Counted from the first letter of the stretch, positions 1 to 10,241 are shown. The stretch is 64,000 bases of DNA from an uncultured Acidobacteriota bacterium (GCA_963770895.1 CAVYRF010000001.1:320001-384000); one strand, 5' to 3'. Notes: generated by a model from the sequence alone, not told the origin. Numbers and translations are program-made.

Positions 1-1
1 G

Positions 2-319
2 GCGTCAGGGCTGGCGTGGAAGGTGCTGGTCCCCGGCACCGGCACCAAGCACGTCTCCTCGACCGGCAACGTCATCGTCCACTACACCGGCTGGACGACC
101 GACGGCAAGATGTTCGACACCACGATCATCAAGGGGTCGCCGGCGCTGTTCCAGCTGCCCAAGACCATCCCCGGCTGGCGCGAGGGCCTGCCGCTGATGG
201 TCGAAGGGGAGACGCGGCGCTTCTGGATCCCCAAGAAGCTGGCCTACCGCGGCGAAACCGGCAAGCCCGATGGGATGCTGGTGTTCGACGTGAAGCTGGT
301 CAAGATCACCAAGCAGTAA
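2..319 (+). CDS. FKBP-type peptidyl-prolyl cis-trans isomerase (5' truncated by window edge)
   Basis: Open frame from the window start: SGLAWKVL...VHYTGWTTDGKMFDT...IPGWREGLPLMVEGETRRFWIP..LAY...LVFDVKLV, a canonical FKBP domain. Confidence 0.93.
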   Translation, partial: ASGLAWKVLVPGTGTKHVSSTGNVIVHYTGWTTDGKMFDTTIIKGSPALFQLPKTIPGWREGLPLMVEGETRRFWIPKKLAYRGETGKPDGMLVFDVKLVKITKQ

Positions 320-331
320 CCGCCTATCAAC

Positions 332-356
332 GGTAGTGCCTCGGTGAGCCACTACC
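332..356. terminator. Hairpin between convergent FKBP and tag genes
   Basis: ggtagtg...cactacc inverted repeat in the 40-bp gap between two stop codons; no U-tract. Confidence 0.45.
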
Positions 357-359
357 CGA

Positions 360-1007
360 TCAACGACGGCGGGCGGTCGCCTTGCGCGCGCCGCCGCCGT
401 CGCTGCCGCCGCTCAGCTGGGGGTGGCGGTAGCACGACACCAGGTGGTCGTTGACCAGCCCCACCGCCTGCATGAAGGCGTAACAGATGGTGGGGCCGAC
501 GAAGGTGAAGCCGCGCGCCCGCAGCTCGCGGCTGAGGGCGCGCGACTCGGCCGTTTCGGCCGGCACCTGACCTGCCGCGGCCCAGCGGTTCTGGCGCGGC
601 GCGCCGCCCGCCGACTCCCATAGGAAGCTGCCCAGGCCGCCGCGCTCCTGCTGCAGGTCCAGAAAGGCGCGGGCGTTGCGCACCACGCCGGCCACCTTCA
701 GCCGGTTGCGGATGATGCCCGCATCGGTCAGCGCCGCGGCGATCTCGGCGTCCCCCCAACGCGCCAGCCGCCGGGCGTCCCAGCCGGCGAAGACGCGCCG
801 GTAGTGGTCGCGCCGGCGCAGGATGGTGCTCCACGAGAGGCCGGCCTGGGCGCCCTCCAGGTTGAGCATCTCGAACAGGGCGTCGTCGTCGCGCAGCGGC
901 GCCCCCCACTGCTCGTCGTGATAGGCCCGCATCAGCGGGTCGTCGCCCGCCCACGGACACCGCACGACGTCAGCCGGCGGCCGGCCGGAGGACTTGGCGG
1001 GGCTCAT
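360..1007 (-). CDS. tag: DNA-3-methyladenine glycosylase I
   Basis: RCPWA...YHDEQWG...LFEMLNLEGAQAGLSWSTIL, IIRNRLKV, FVGPTICYAFMQAVGLVNDHLVSC; start overlaps upstream stop (ATGA). Confidence 0.95.
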   Translation of the reverse strand: MSPAKSSGRPPADVVRCPWAGDDPLMRAYHDEQWGAPLRDDDALFEMLNLEGAQAGLSWSTILRRRDHYRRVFAGWDARRLARWGDAEIAAALTDAGIIRNRLKVAGVVRNARAFLDLQQERGGLGSFLWESAGGAPRQNRWAAAGQVPAETAESRALSRELRARGFTFVGPTICYAFMQAVGLVNDHLVSCYRHPQLSGGSDGGGARKATARRR

Positions 1008-2779
1008 CGCGTCGCCTGTCCCTTGCCGGTGGGCGGCGGGGCGGGCGGGTTGGTCGCCGGGTGTGGCGGGGTCGCCGGGGGTGTGGCGGTCGCCGGGGGC
1101 GCCGGTGGGGTGGGCGGCGCCGGCGGCAGGGACTTGCGCGGCAGCATGGCGGGGCGGGTCGCCGCGTTATAGAGGACGGCGGCCAGGACGACCGACGCCT
1201 GCATCAGGTCCTTGTCTTCGAGGTACTCGTAGACGTCCAGGTTGGTGTGGTGGGTAAAGGTCTCGTAGTCCAGCTCGTCCTGGATGAACTGGAAGCCCGG
1301 CAGGCCGACGCGATCGAACGAGACGTGATCGGTCGAGCCCGTCGTGCGCATCGTCACGTGGTCGGCGCCCAGGTCGGCCAGCGGCGCGAGCCAGCTGCGG
1401 AAGATGGGAACCAGGGCGGCGTTTTCCTCGGCGTAGAGGCCGCGCACCTTGCCGCTGCCGTTGTCGATGTTGAAGTAGGCGGACAGCTTGGCGTAGTCGG
1501 GCTTGAGCGTCAGCGTGCCGGCCGCCACCGGGCCGGACATGAAGGACGGCTGGCCGGCAGGCGTGCCGGGCGGCGGCGGCGGCTTGACCGCGAAGTGCTC
1601 GGTCACGTACGCCTCCGAACCGAACAGACCTTCCTCTTCGCCGGTCCACAGCGCAGCCCGCACGGTGCGGCGCGGTTTGACATGGAGGGCCGCGAGGATG
1701 CGCATCGCCTCCATCACCACCGCACAGCCGGCGCCGTTGTCGGTGGCGCCGGTGCCGGCATGCCACGAGTCGAGGTGCGCGCCGGCCATCACCAGCTCGC
1801 CCGCCGGATCGGTGCCGGGGATCTCCGCCACGGTGTTGTAGGCCATGGGGTCGTCCGTCAGGTAGCGCGCTGCGACGTCGACGCTGAGCTCGACCTTCTG
1901 GTGGGCATCCAGCAGCCGCAGCAGGCGGTCGTACTGCTCGCCCGCCATCACCAGGCCGGTCACCAGCGGCGGGTCGCTGTCGTGATAGAAGCCGCTGCCG
2001 CCGACGCGCAGGATGCCCAGCGGCGCGGTGCTCACCTCGATCGTGGCCAGCGCCTTTTCTTCCTGCGCCAGCCTGCGCTTGGCACGGCGCAGCTCGCCGG
2101 CCTTGCGGCGCGCGTCGCGTTCGGCCGAGCGCGGGCCCGGCGCGTCGAAGGCGGCGAGCTCGTCGAGCGTCACGGCGTCGTAGCGCCGCGGCGGCGCGGT
2201 GCGCGCGGCGGCGGATTCGTCGCGCGCCGCGTCGATCAGCACGATCTTGCCCGCCAGCTTGCCGCGGTAGGCGTCCAGGTCGGCGAGGGTCGCGGCCGGC
2301 AGCGCCACCGCTTCGCCGCGCACCTCGCCCTGGGTGCCGGGCGTCCACGCCAGCGGCAGCACCGCCAGCTGGGCCTGGCGCGGCGCGACCATCGCCACCA
2401 CGGCGCGGCTCCACGTCCAGCCGCGGCCGAACTTCCAGCCCTCCAGGTGGGCGTTGGCCAGGCCCCAATCGGCGAGCTGGCGGCGCGTCCACTCGTTGGC
2501 CTCCTTGAGCGCCGGGCCGCCGGTCAGGCGCGGGCCGATGCGGTCGGTCAGGTAGGCCATGGTCGCCATCACCTGCGAGCGGTGAAAGCCCTCGTCGCGG
2601 ATGCGGGTGATCATGGCCAGGTCGACGTGATCGCCCCGCTCGCCTGCCGCTTCGTCGTCGTTGCGGGCGTGGGAACGGTCCTGCGGTTTGCCGGCGGCGG
2701 CGCCGCGGGTGGCGGGTGCGGCGACGGCCAGGCCGGCGGCGACCAGCAGGGTCAGCAACAAGGCACGAGTGCGGGACAT
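1004..2779 (-). CDS. Secreted M28 family metallopeptidase (carboxypeptidase Q-like, PA domain)
   Basis: Signal peptide; IGPRLTG, GAHLDSW, GATDNGAG, WTGEEEGLFGS, STDHVSF, THHTNLD; Pro-rich tail; GGAGG before ATG 2779. Confidence 0.9.
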   Translation of the reverse strand: MSRTRALLLTLLVAAGLAVAAPATRGAAAGKPQDRSHARNDDEAAGERGDHVDLAMITRIRDEGFHRSQVMATMAYLTDRIGPRLTGGPALKEANEWTRRQLADWGLANAHLEGWKFGRGWTWSRAVVAMVAPRQAQLAVLPLAWTPGTQGEVRGEAVALPAATLADLDAYRGKLAGKIVLIDAARDESAAARTAPPRRYDAVTLDELAAFDAPGPRSAERDARRKAGELRRAKRRLAQEEKALATIEVSTAPLGILRVGGSGFYHDSDPPLVTGLVMAGEQYDRLLRLLDAHQKVELSVDVAARYLTDDPMAYNTVAEIPGTDPAGELVMAGAHLDSWHAGTGATDNGAGCAVVMEAMRILAALHVKPRRTVRAALWTGEEEGLFGSEAYVTEHFAVKPPPPPGTPAGQPSFMSGPVAAGTLTLKPDYAKLSAYFNIDNGSGKVRGLYAEENAALVPIFRSWLAPLADLGADHVTMRTTGSTDHVSFDRVGLPGFQFIQDELDYETFTHHTNLDVYEYLEDKDLMQASVVLAAVLYNAATRPAMLPRKSLPPAPPTPPAPPATATPPATPPHPATNPPAPPPTGKGQATR

Positions 2780-2913
2780 CGCGACCTCCATGGGCAAGGA
2801 CGTTGAGTGGCGCGGCGCGCCATTTTATAGCCGTTCCCCAATGATCTGGCCGTTCCCATATGATCTCGGCAGATCGCGGCGCGCAGGGGCGCGCGCCGCC
2901 GGTGTCCCGGACC

Positions 2914-3411
2914 ATGAGGAAGATGCGACCCATCACCGCTGCCGACCTGATGAACCCGACCGTGCTGGCCGTGCGCGACGACATGACGCTGCGCGAGCTG
3001 GCCGCCTTCCTGGTGCGCAACCAGATCACTGGCGCGCCGGTCGAAGACGGCGGCGGCCGCTTGGTGGGAGTCGTGTCAACGGTGGACATCGCCGAAGCCG
3101 TCCTGGAGAGCGCCGGCGAAAGCGGCGAGCCCGCCGCGGCGGGCAGGGCGGAAGGCGGCTTCTTCGCTCTCGATTGGGAGGAGGAGCCGGACGAAGACGA
3201 CCTGGCGGACCTGCGCCGGGCGGAGGAAGACCTCCTGGTGCGCGACATCATGACGCCTTCGGTCTACTCGGTGAGCGAGGACGCCACCGTCTCCGAGATC
3301 GCCAGCCGCATGCTCGACAGCCACGTCCACCGGCTGCTGGTCACCCGCGAAGGGCGGCCCGTCGGCATCATTACAACCTCAGATTTATTGGGATTGCTGA
3401 TCGACGAGTGA
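2914..3411 (+). CDS. CBS domain pair protein
   Basis: AADLMNP...ITGAPV..GRLVGVVS..DI and VRDIMT...VHRLLV..GRPVGIITTSDLL; start codon uncertain. Confidence 0.88.
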   Translation: MRKMRPITAADLMNPTVLAVRDDMTLRELAAFLVRNQITGAPVEDGGGRLVGVVSTVDIAEAVLESAGESGEPAAAGRAEGGFFALDWEEEPDEDDLADLRRAEEDLLVRDIMTPSVYSVSEDATVSEIASRMLDSHVHRLLVTREGRPVGIITTSDLLGLLIDE

Positions 3412-3582
3412 GGGGGGGGCGCGCCGTGGCGCACAGCCGCCGCCGCCGCACTCCTGCCTTCTTTCCTCTGCCGCCAGCTGCACGTGCACTGATCGATCCG
3501 ACGGGTCGCCCGGATCGCCGGGCCGGGATCGCCGCGCCCGTTCCGCGCCGGCATGCATATCGCGTCACGATGTAATTCCGTT

Positions 3583-3631
3583 GTCACATCTGTGACGTCT
3601 TCTTGACAGTGTTGTGCCGGTCCACTACCTT
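3583..3631 (+). promoter_or_regulatory. Sigma70-type promoter with upstream palindromic site for the porin-DUF485-actP operon
   Basis: TTGACA (3603-3608), 17 bp, TACCTT (3626-3631); perfect inverted repeat GTCACA-TC-TGTGAC at 3583-3596. Confidence 0.6.
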
Positions 3632-3812
3632 ATGTTGCAACAAGTAAGGGCAGCAACCTGAGGAGCAGGAGGGACCGCGCCGGTGCAGGCCTGCAACTCG
3701 ATATAGGACAATACTTTATGGCGGCCTAATGGGTGGTGGGGGCGAAGCCTGCTCCGGCCCGCCCAATGTGTCTTGCATCAACTTGCCTGTCTTGCAGGCA
3801 GATCGAGAAAGG

Positions 3813-4919
3813 ATGATACTCATGCGAGTCAACGTGAAGCGAACGGGTTGGACGGCCTTGGCTGTTGCGGCGGGCCTGCTGGCCTTCGGCGGCCGGCCGG
3901 CCAAGGCACAGTTGCAGTTCAGCTCGGCCGACGGCAGCACGTCGCTCAAGCTGGGTGTGCTGGGTCAGATCCAGGCCCAGGACATTGACAATGACAGCGC
4001 CACGGACAAAGAAAAAGACCTGTATTTCCGCCGCCTGCGGTTGCTCGGGCAGTTCAAGCTGGGCGACAACCTGACGGTGTATTTCGATACCGACGATCCC
4101 AACCTGGGCAAGGGCACCGGCACCGGCGGCAAGAACACCGCGACAACGATGTACATCCAGGACTTTGTCGTGACCTATTCGTTGGCCCATGAATTCATGA
4201 TCGACGGCGGCGAAATCCTGACTCCCAACAGTTACAACCACCTGCAGTCGGCCGGCTCGCTGCTGCCCCTGGACTACGGTGCGTTCAGCTTCAACGAGAC
4301 GACGGCGCTCGGCGCCAACGTCGGCCGCGACTACGGCGCGCAGCTGCGCGGCTACCTGGCGAGCGACCACCTGGAGTACCGTGTCGGCGTCTTCCAGGGC
4401 GCCCGCGGCATCGACGACACCAACTCCTTCCGCTACGCCGGCCGGCTGTCGCTCTACGTCTTCGGCGCCGAAACCGGGCTGTTCTATCGCGGCACCTCGC
4501 TGGGCAAGACCCAGACCATGGAGTTCGGCGGCAGCTTCGACCGGCAGAAGGACTACTCGTCGTATGACGGCGACTTCTTCTGGGATCAGCCGGTCGGCAA
4601 CGGCGACGGCTTCACCGTGCAGTTCGACTACACCACCCTGGACGGCGGCTCCTTCCTGACCACGCTGCCCAAGCAGCACACGATCCTGGGCGAAGTCGGC
4701 TACTACCTGGGCGCCATCAAGACCCAGCCCTTCTTCCAGTACAGCGACGACAAGTTCAACAACAACGTCGAGCCCGACCAGACCCACTACACCTTCGGCC
4801 TGGGCTACTACTTCGTCGGCAACACCTCCAACGTCAAGCTCGCGTACTCCCGCATCCAGGAGACGGCGAACCCAAATCGCAATCAGTTGCAGCTGCAGTA
4901 CCAGATCTTCATTTGGTAG
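3813..4919 (+). CDS. Outer-membrane porin (OprO/OprP-like beta-barrel)
   Basis: Signal peptide, FRRLRL motif, amphipathic beta-strands, GRDYG, C-terminal aromatic QLQYQIFIW. Confidence 0.8.
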   Translation: MILMRVNVKRTGWTALAVAAGLLAFGGRPAKAQLQFSSADGSTSLKLGVLGQIQAQDIDNDSATDKEKDLYFRRLRLLGQFKLGDNLTVYFDTDDPNLGKGTGTGGKNTATTMYIQDFVVTYSLAHEFMIDGGEILTPNSYNHLQSAGSLLPLDYGAFSFNETTALGANVGRDYGAQLRGYLASDHLEYRVGVFQGARGIDDTNSFRYAGRLSLYVFGAETGLFYRGTSLGKTQTMEFGGSFDRQKDYSSYDGDFFWDQPVGNGDGFTVQFDYTTLDGGSFLTTLPKQHTILGEVGYYLGAIKTQPFFQYSDDKFNNNVEPDQTHYTFGLGYYFVGNTSNVKLAYSRIQETANPNRNQLQLQYQIFIW

Positions 4920-4943
4920 GACACTCTAGCGATCGGAGGGGGC

Positions 4944-5249
4944 ATGGCAACAAGGTCGACGCACGAGATGCTTGAGTCCGAGGATTTCAAGCGGCTGGTC
5001 CGCGGCAAGTGGACGATTTCGATCGTCCTCACAATCCTGCTGTTCATCGTGTATTACGGCTTCATCATCCTGATCGCCGTCGACAAGCCGTTCCTGGCGA
5101 CCAAGATCGGTGAATACACGACGCTCGGCATCCCGATCGGCGTCGGCGTGATCGTCGCCGCCTGGGTGCTCACCGGCGTCTACGTCAACTGGGCCAACCG
5201 CGTCCAGGACGTCGAAGTCGCGCGACTCAAGGCCGGACTCAACCGGTAG
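4944..5249 (+). CDS. DUF485 / YjcH-like small membrane protein
   Basis: Two TM helices, FKRLVR...YYGFIILIA...YVNWANR; canonical position before actP. Confidence 0.9.
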   Translation: MATRSTHEMLESEDFKRLVRGKWTISIVLTILLFIVYYGFIILIAVDKPFLATKIGEYTTLGIPIGVGVIVAAWVLTGVYVNWANRVQDVEVARLKAGLNR

Positions 5250-5267
5250 GCAAAGGCAAGGAGCCCC

Positions 5268-6806
5268 ATGCAGACCGCGATAGGCACTCCCACAACCTCC
5301 GCCATCCTCTTCTTTGTCGCCATCGTCATCGTCACGCTCGGCGTCACCTATTGGGCCGCCAAGCGCACCCGCTCCACCAAGGACTTCTACGCCGCCGGCC
5401 GCAGCGTCAGCCCGTTGCAGAACGGGCTGGCGCTGTCCGGCGACTACATGAGCGCCGCGTCGTTCCTGGGCATCGCCGGCATGGTGGCGATGAAGGGCTT
5501 CGACGGCATGATCTACGCCACCGGCTGGCTGGTGGGCTGGCCGGCCCTGATGTTCCTGATCGCCGAGCCGCTGCGCAACCTGGGCAAGTTCACCTTCGCC
5601 GACGTCGTGGCCTTCCGGCTGCGGCAGGCGCCGGTGCGCATGGCCTCGGCGGTCGGCGGCGTCCTCACGGTGCTGATCTACACCATCGCGCAGATGGTGG
5701 GCGCCGGCCTGCTGATCAAGCTGATGTTCGGCATCCCGTACGTGTACGCCGAGCTGGTCGTCGGCGGCGTCATGCTGATCTACGTCCTGTTCGGCGGCAT
5801 GATCGCCACCACCTGGGTGCAGATCATCAAGGCGGTGCTGCTGTTGGGCGGCGTCACCATCATGACGCTGATGGTTTTGGCGCAGTTCGATTTCAATCCC
5901 TTCCACCTATATGCCGCGGTGTCGCAGAAGTTGGGCCAGAAGGCGCTGGAGCCGGGCGGCCTGGTGACCAACTCGCTGGACGCCGTGTCGCTCGGCCTGG
6001 CGCTGATGTTCGGCCTGCTCGGCCTGCCGCACATCCTGATGCGCTTCTACACGGTGCCGGACGCCAAGGCGGCGCGCAAGTCGGTGCTCTTCGCCACCGG
6101 CTTCATCGGCTACTTCTACATCATCATTCCGATCGTCGGCTTCGGCGCCTCCATCCTGGTCGGCCGCGACGTCATCGGCAAGATCGACAAGGCCGGCAAC
6201 ATGTCGGCGCCGCTGCTCGCCGAAGTCCTGGGCGGCACGCCCTTCCTGGGCTTCATCGCCGCCGTCGCCTTCGCCACCATCCTGGCGGTGGTCGCCGGCC
6301 TCACCCTGGCCGGCGCCTCGGCGCTGTCGCACGACATCTACGTCAACGTGGTCAAGAAGGGCCAGGCCACTGAAGCCGAGCAGGTGCGGGTGGCGCGCAT
6401 CGCCACCTTCATCTTCGGCCTGGCCGCCATCCTGCTGGGCGTGCTGTTCGAACACCAGAACGTCGCCTTCATGGTGGGGCTGGCTTTCGCGGTCGCCTGC
6501 AGCGGCAACTTCCCGGCGCTGCTGATGTCGATCGTCTGGAAGCGCTTCACCACCGCCGGCGCCGTCTGGGCCAGCCTCAGCGGCTCGCTGCTGGCCGTCT
6601 TCCTGATCATCATCAGCCCCACCGTCTGGGTGGACGTCCTGCACCACAAGGAAGCCATCTTCCCGCTCAAGAATCCGGCCATCTACTCGATGCCCATCGC
6701 CTTCCTGGTCGGCATCGTCGTGTCGCTGCTCACCAGCGAGCCCTCGGCCGTGGCCGCCTTCGAAGACGAAAAGCTGCGCACCTACCTGGGGGTCGGCGCC
6801 GAGTAG
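5268..6806 (+). CDS. actP: Cation/acetate symporter (SSS family)
   Basis: DFYAAGR, QNGLALSGDYMSAASFLG, GGMIATTWVQIIKA, GLPHILMRFYTVPDAKAARKS, AVAFATILAVVAGL. Confidence 0.95.
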   Translation: MQTAIGTPTTSAILFFVAIVIVTLGVTYWAAKRTRSTKDFYAAGRSVSPLQNGLALSGDYMSAASFLGIAGMVAMKGFDGMIYATGWLVGWPALMFLIAEPLRNLGKFTFADVVAFRLRQAPVRMASAVGGVLTVLIYTIAQMVGAGLLIKLMFGIPYVYAELVVGGVMLIYVLFGGMIATTWVQIIKAVLLLGGVTIMTLMVLAQFDFNPFHLYAAVSQKLGQKALEPGGLVTNSLDAVSLGLALMFGLLGLPHILMRFYTVPDAKAARKSVLFATGFIGYFYIIIPIVGFGASILVGRDVIGKIDKAGNMSAPLLAEVLGGTPFLGFIAAVAFATILAVVAGLTLAGASALSHDIYVNVVKKGQATEAEQVRVARIATFIFGLAAILLGVLFEHQNVAFMVGLAFAVACSGNFPALLMSIVWKRFTTAGAVWASLSGSLLAVFLIIISPTVWVDVLHHKEAIFPLKNPAIYSMPIAFLVGIVVSLLTSEPSAVAAFEDEKLRTYLGVGAE

Positions 6807-6867
6807 GCCGGCGGCAGCGACGGCAACAGCACCAGCAACACCTCCTTCTCTCCGATCCGCCACCCAA

Positions 6868-6906
6868 GGGAGAGCGTGCCTCGCGGCCCGCTCTCCCGTT
6901 TTGTTT
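6868..6906 (+). terminator. Rho-independent terminator after actP
   Basis: gggagagcg...cgctctccc stem followed by gttttgttt. Confidence 0.8.
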
Positions 6907-6967
6907 GCGGCGAGCTTGCCGCGGGGAAGGATGCGAAGGACGCCGGGCGGGGAAGCGGGCCGGCCGC

Positions 6968-8074
6968 TCAGCTGATCGTCTTGCGGAAGGCGCGGGTGCT
7001 GATCGCCACCAGCAGGGTGGCGATGGTGAGCAGGGCGGCGACGTGCTCCCACAGGTCGGTGAAGGTGGCGCCGCGGATGATGATGCCGCGCGAGATGGCG
7101 ATGAAGTGGGTCGCGGGCAGGACCTGCGACAGTACGCGCAGCGGCCCCGGCAGCGAGGACAGCGGGAAGATGTAGCCCGACAGCATGATCGACGGCAGCA
7201 GGAACATCTGCGACATCTGCATGGCTTCCATCTGGGTGTTGGAGCGCGACGACACCAGCAGGCCCAGGGCGAGCAGTGCGAACAGGTAGACCAGCGACAG
7301 GCCGAGCAGCAGCGGCAGGCTGCCGTGGATCGGCACGCCGAAGGCGAAGCGCATCAGCGCCAGGATGAACAACAGCTGGGCGAAGCCCAGGACCAGGTAG
7401 GGGAGGATCTTGCCCAGCACCACGCCCAGGGGCGAAGCCGGGGTGACCATCAGCTGCTCGAGCGTGCCGCGCTCGCGCTCGCGCACGATGGCGAACGACG
7501 ACATGAGGGTGCCCGAAAAGGTCAGCAGGATGGCGATCAGGCCGGGGATCAGCAGGTTGGCGCTGCGCGAGTCGGGGTTGAACAGCAGCAGCGGATTGAC
7601 CGTCAGCGGCAGCGACTGGATGTGCTGGCGGTCGGCCAGCTCCTGGAGCGAGCGGTCGAGCGCCAGGCCGTTGGCCGCCGCCAGGGTGGCCGTCGAGATG
7701 GAGGAGTCGGAGCCGTCGATCAGCACCAGGAAGTCGGCGGGACGGCCATACAGGAGCTTGCGCGCGTAGTCGGGAGGGATCTCGATGCCCGCCGAGGCGT
7801 GGCCGGCGACGATCTCTTCGCGCAGCGCGGCGCGCGAGCCGACGTAGCGCACCACCTCGAAATAGCTGGTGTCGACAAAGTCGGTGATCAGCTGGCGGCT
7901 TTCCTGCGTGCGGCTCTGATCGAAGATCGCGGTCGGCACGTGCTTGACGTTGGTATCGATCAGCCCGAACAGCACCAGCTGCATCAGCGGCACCACCAGC
8001 GTCAGCTGCAGCGTGCCGCGGTCGCGCAGCATCTGGATGGCTTCCTTGCGCAGCACCGCGCCGAAGCCCCTCAT
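6968..8074 (-). CDS. ABC-2 type transporter permease (YbhS/YbhR-like)
   Basis: MRGFGAVLRKEAIQMLRDR, IDGSD, AIVRERERGTLEQLMVTP, LSGYIFP; ATG at 8074 overlaps upstream stop. Confidence 0.93.
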   Translation of the reverse strand: MRGFGAVLRKEAIQMLRDRGTLQLTLVVPLMQLVLFGLIDTNVKHVPTAIFDQSRTQESRQLITDFVDTSYFEVVRYVGSRAALREEIVAGHASAGIEIPPDYARKLLYGRPADFLVLIDGSDSSISTATLAAANGLALDRSLQELADRQHIQSLPLTVNPLLLFNPDSRSANLLIPGLIAILLTFSGTLMSSFAIVRERERGTLEQLMVTPASPLGVVLGKILPYLVLGFAQLLFILALMRFAFGVPIHGSLPLLLGLSLVYLFALLALGLLVSSRSNTQMEAMQMSQMFLLPSIMLSGYIFPLSSLPGPLRVLSQVLPATHFIAISRGIIIRGATFTDLWEHVAALLTIATLLVAISTRAFRKTIS

Positions 8075-9183
8075 CGCGCCGCCCCGGCGCGCCCGGAGGC
8101 GCCGCCCTGGGGGCCGATCGTGCCGGCCTGGGCGCCGTTTTCCACCTGCATGCGGGTGAGGCGCACGAAGACGTCTTCGAGCGACGGGGCGATGGCGCGC
8201 ACCTCGACCGGCGCGCCGGCCGCGGCGGCCAGGTCGGCGGCGACGGCGGCGTCGTCGACGTCGGTGTGCAGCAGCAGGTGCAGCGAGTTGCCGAAGATGG
8301 TGACCTCTTCGATGTAGGGGAGCTTCCTGGCTTCGCCCATGACGGCGGCGGCGCCGCCGCCGCACACCACTTCGACGCGGCGCATGCCCGCGGGCGTCAC
8401 CTGCGGCAGGCCCACCAGCTGGTCGGGGCGCCCCTCGACCAGCATGTGGGACAGGTAGATGTAGCCCACGGTCGAGCAGCGCTCGGCTTCGTCCATGTAG
8501 TGGGTGGTGACCAGCAGCGTCACCTGCTGCGCCGCCAGCTCGAACAGCAGGTTCCACAGCTCGCGGCGGGCCACCGGGTCGATGCCGGCGGTCGGCTCGT
8601 CCAGGAACAGCACCCGCGGCTGGTGCATGATCGCGGCGGTGAGCGCCAGCCGCTGCTTCCAGCCGCCCGACAGCTGCCCGGCCAGGCGCCCCATGTAGGG
8701 GCCGATCTGGGTCAGGCCCACCGCCCAATCGCGCCGCTCGGTGAGCAGGGCGCCGCGCAGGCCGTAGACCGAGGCAAAGAAGTCCAGGTTTTCGGTGACC
8801 GAAAGATCTTCGTACAGGGAGAAGCGTTGCGGCACGTAGCCGATGCGCCGGCGCACCTCTTCGCTGTCGCGCGCCACGTCCAGCCCGTCGACCGTCGCCC
8901 CGCCGGCGGTCGGCGCCAGCAGCCCGCAAAGGATGCGGATCAACGTCGACTTGCCCGACCCATTGGGCCCCAGCAGCCCGTAGATGCCGCCGCGCGGCAC
9001 CCGCAGCGACACGTCGTCCAGCGCCCGCACCGCGCCAAAATCCCGCGTCAGGTGGCGTGCCTCGATCCCCGCCGCGGCGGCGGCCGCGGCTGCGTCCTGG
9101 CCGTCGCCGGGGCCGGGTCCGGGACCGGCAGCTTCGCCGGCGATGGCCGCGGCGGCCAGGGGTGCGCCGGTGGCGGGGCTCAT
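8071..9183 (-). CDS. ABC transporter ATP-binding protein (YbhF-like)
   Basis: GPNGSGKST, LSGGWKQR, LFLDEPTAGIDP, TTHYMDEAE; ATG at 9183 overlaps the HlyD stop. Confidence 0.93.
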   Translation of the reverse strand: MSPATGAPLAAAAIAGEAAGPGPGPGDGQDAAAAAAAAGIEARHLTRDFGAVRALDDVSLRVPRGGIYGLLGPNGSGKSTLIRILCGLLAPTAGGATVDGLDVARDSEEVRRRIGYVPQRFSLYEDLSVTENLDFFASVYGLRGALLTERRDWAVGLTQIGPYMGRLAGQLSGGWKQRLALTAAIMHQPRVLFLDEPTAGIDPVARRELWNLLFELAAQQVTLLVTTHYMDEAERCSTVGYIYLSHMLVEGRPDQLVGLPQVTPAGMRRVEVVCGGGAAAVMGEARKLPYIEEVTIFGNSLHLLLHTDVDDAAVAADLAAAAGAPVEVRAIAPSLEDVFVRLTRMQVENGAQAGTIGPQGGASGRAGAAR

Positions 9184-10241
9184 GGGGTCACCCGCGGCTG
9201 CGGCTGCAAGGCGGCCGCGGCGGTGGGCGCGGGACTGGTGGTGGTGGCGGCGCCCAGTTTGGTGGGCGGTGTGGGTTGGAGCGCCGGCGATGCCGGCGAC
9301 GACGGCGGCGTCGCGCTGTGCAGGGGGAGGGAGACCATGGCGGCCATGCCCGGCTTGAGCGCCGGGTCGGGGGTGATCTCGACCTTGACGCCGAACACCT
9401 GGTCGTTGCGCTCGTCCAGGGTCTGGACGTTGCGCGGGGTGTATTCGGCTTGGCTGCGGATCTCGACCACGCGGCCGGCGAAGGCGCGGCTGCCGGAGCT
9501 GTCGACCGCGATCGCGGCGGGCTGGCCGAGCTTCACCAGGCCCAGCTTGGGCTCGGGCACGTACACCCGCACCCAGATCTGGTCGGGCTCGAGCAGCGTC
9601 GCGACCGGAGCGTTGGCCGCCACCAGGTCGCCGGGGCGCAGGTCGATGGTCTGCACCAGGCCGCCGGCGGGGGCGGTCACCACCAGGTCGCGCAGCTGGC
9701 GCTGCAGGTAGGCCAGGTGGCTTTCGGCCTGCACCACCTGGGCGTCGGCCGAGGCGACGTCCTCGTGGCGGCCGCCGCGCTCGGCCGCCAGCCAGGCCTC
9801 GTGCGCCACGGCGGCCTTGGCGGCGGCATCGTCGTAGGTCTGCTGGCTGGTGGCGCCGCCCGCCAGCAGGCTCTGCATCCGTTTGCGATTGACCTCCGCC
9901 GACTCGAACTGGATGCGCGCCTGGGCGCGATCCTCCTGGCGGGGGCCGACGGCGGTGCGCGCCAGGGCGGCGCGCAGCTCGGCGATGCTCGCCTTCTGCT
10001 GGGCGATCTCCAGGTCCAGCAGGTCGGTTTCGAAGGCGACGATCGGCTGGCCCTTGGCCACCTGGTCGCCCTCCTTGACCAGCACCGACTGGATGCGGCC
10101 GCCCACCAGCGACCCGACCTCGACCGTGCGCGCCTCGATGGTGCCGGCCAGCTGCAGACGGTCGGCCGTGGGGCGCAGCCTCCAGTAGACAACGCCCGCC
10201 GCGCCGGCGACGAGCAGCAGGATGACGAAGACGCGTTTCAT
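9180..10241 (-). CDS. HlyD family membrane fusion protein (YbhG-like)
   Basis: N-terminal TM, GTIEA..V.VGS..GGRI, coiled coil, AEYTPRNVQT, LKPGM. Confidence 0.92.
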   Translation of the reverse strand: MKRVFVILLLVAGAAGVVYWRLRPTADRLQLAGTIEARTVEVGSLVGGRIQSVLVKEGDQVAKGQPIVAFETDLLDLEIAQQKASIAELRAALARTAVGPRQEDRAQARIQFESAEVNRKRMQSLLAGGATSQQTYDDAAAKAAVAHEAWLAAERGGRHEDVASADAQVVQAESHLAYLQRQLRDLVVTAPAGGLVQTIDLRPGDLVAANAPVATLLEPDQIWVRVYVPEPKLGLVKLGQPAAIAVDSSGSRAFAGRVVEIRSQAEYTPRNVQTLDERNDQVFGVKVEITPDPALKPGMAAMVSLPLHSATPPSSPASPALQPTPPTKLGAATTTSPAPTAAAALQPQPRVTP

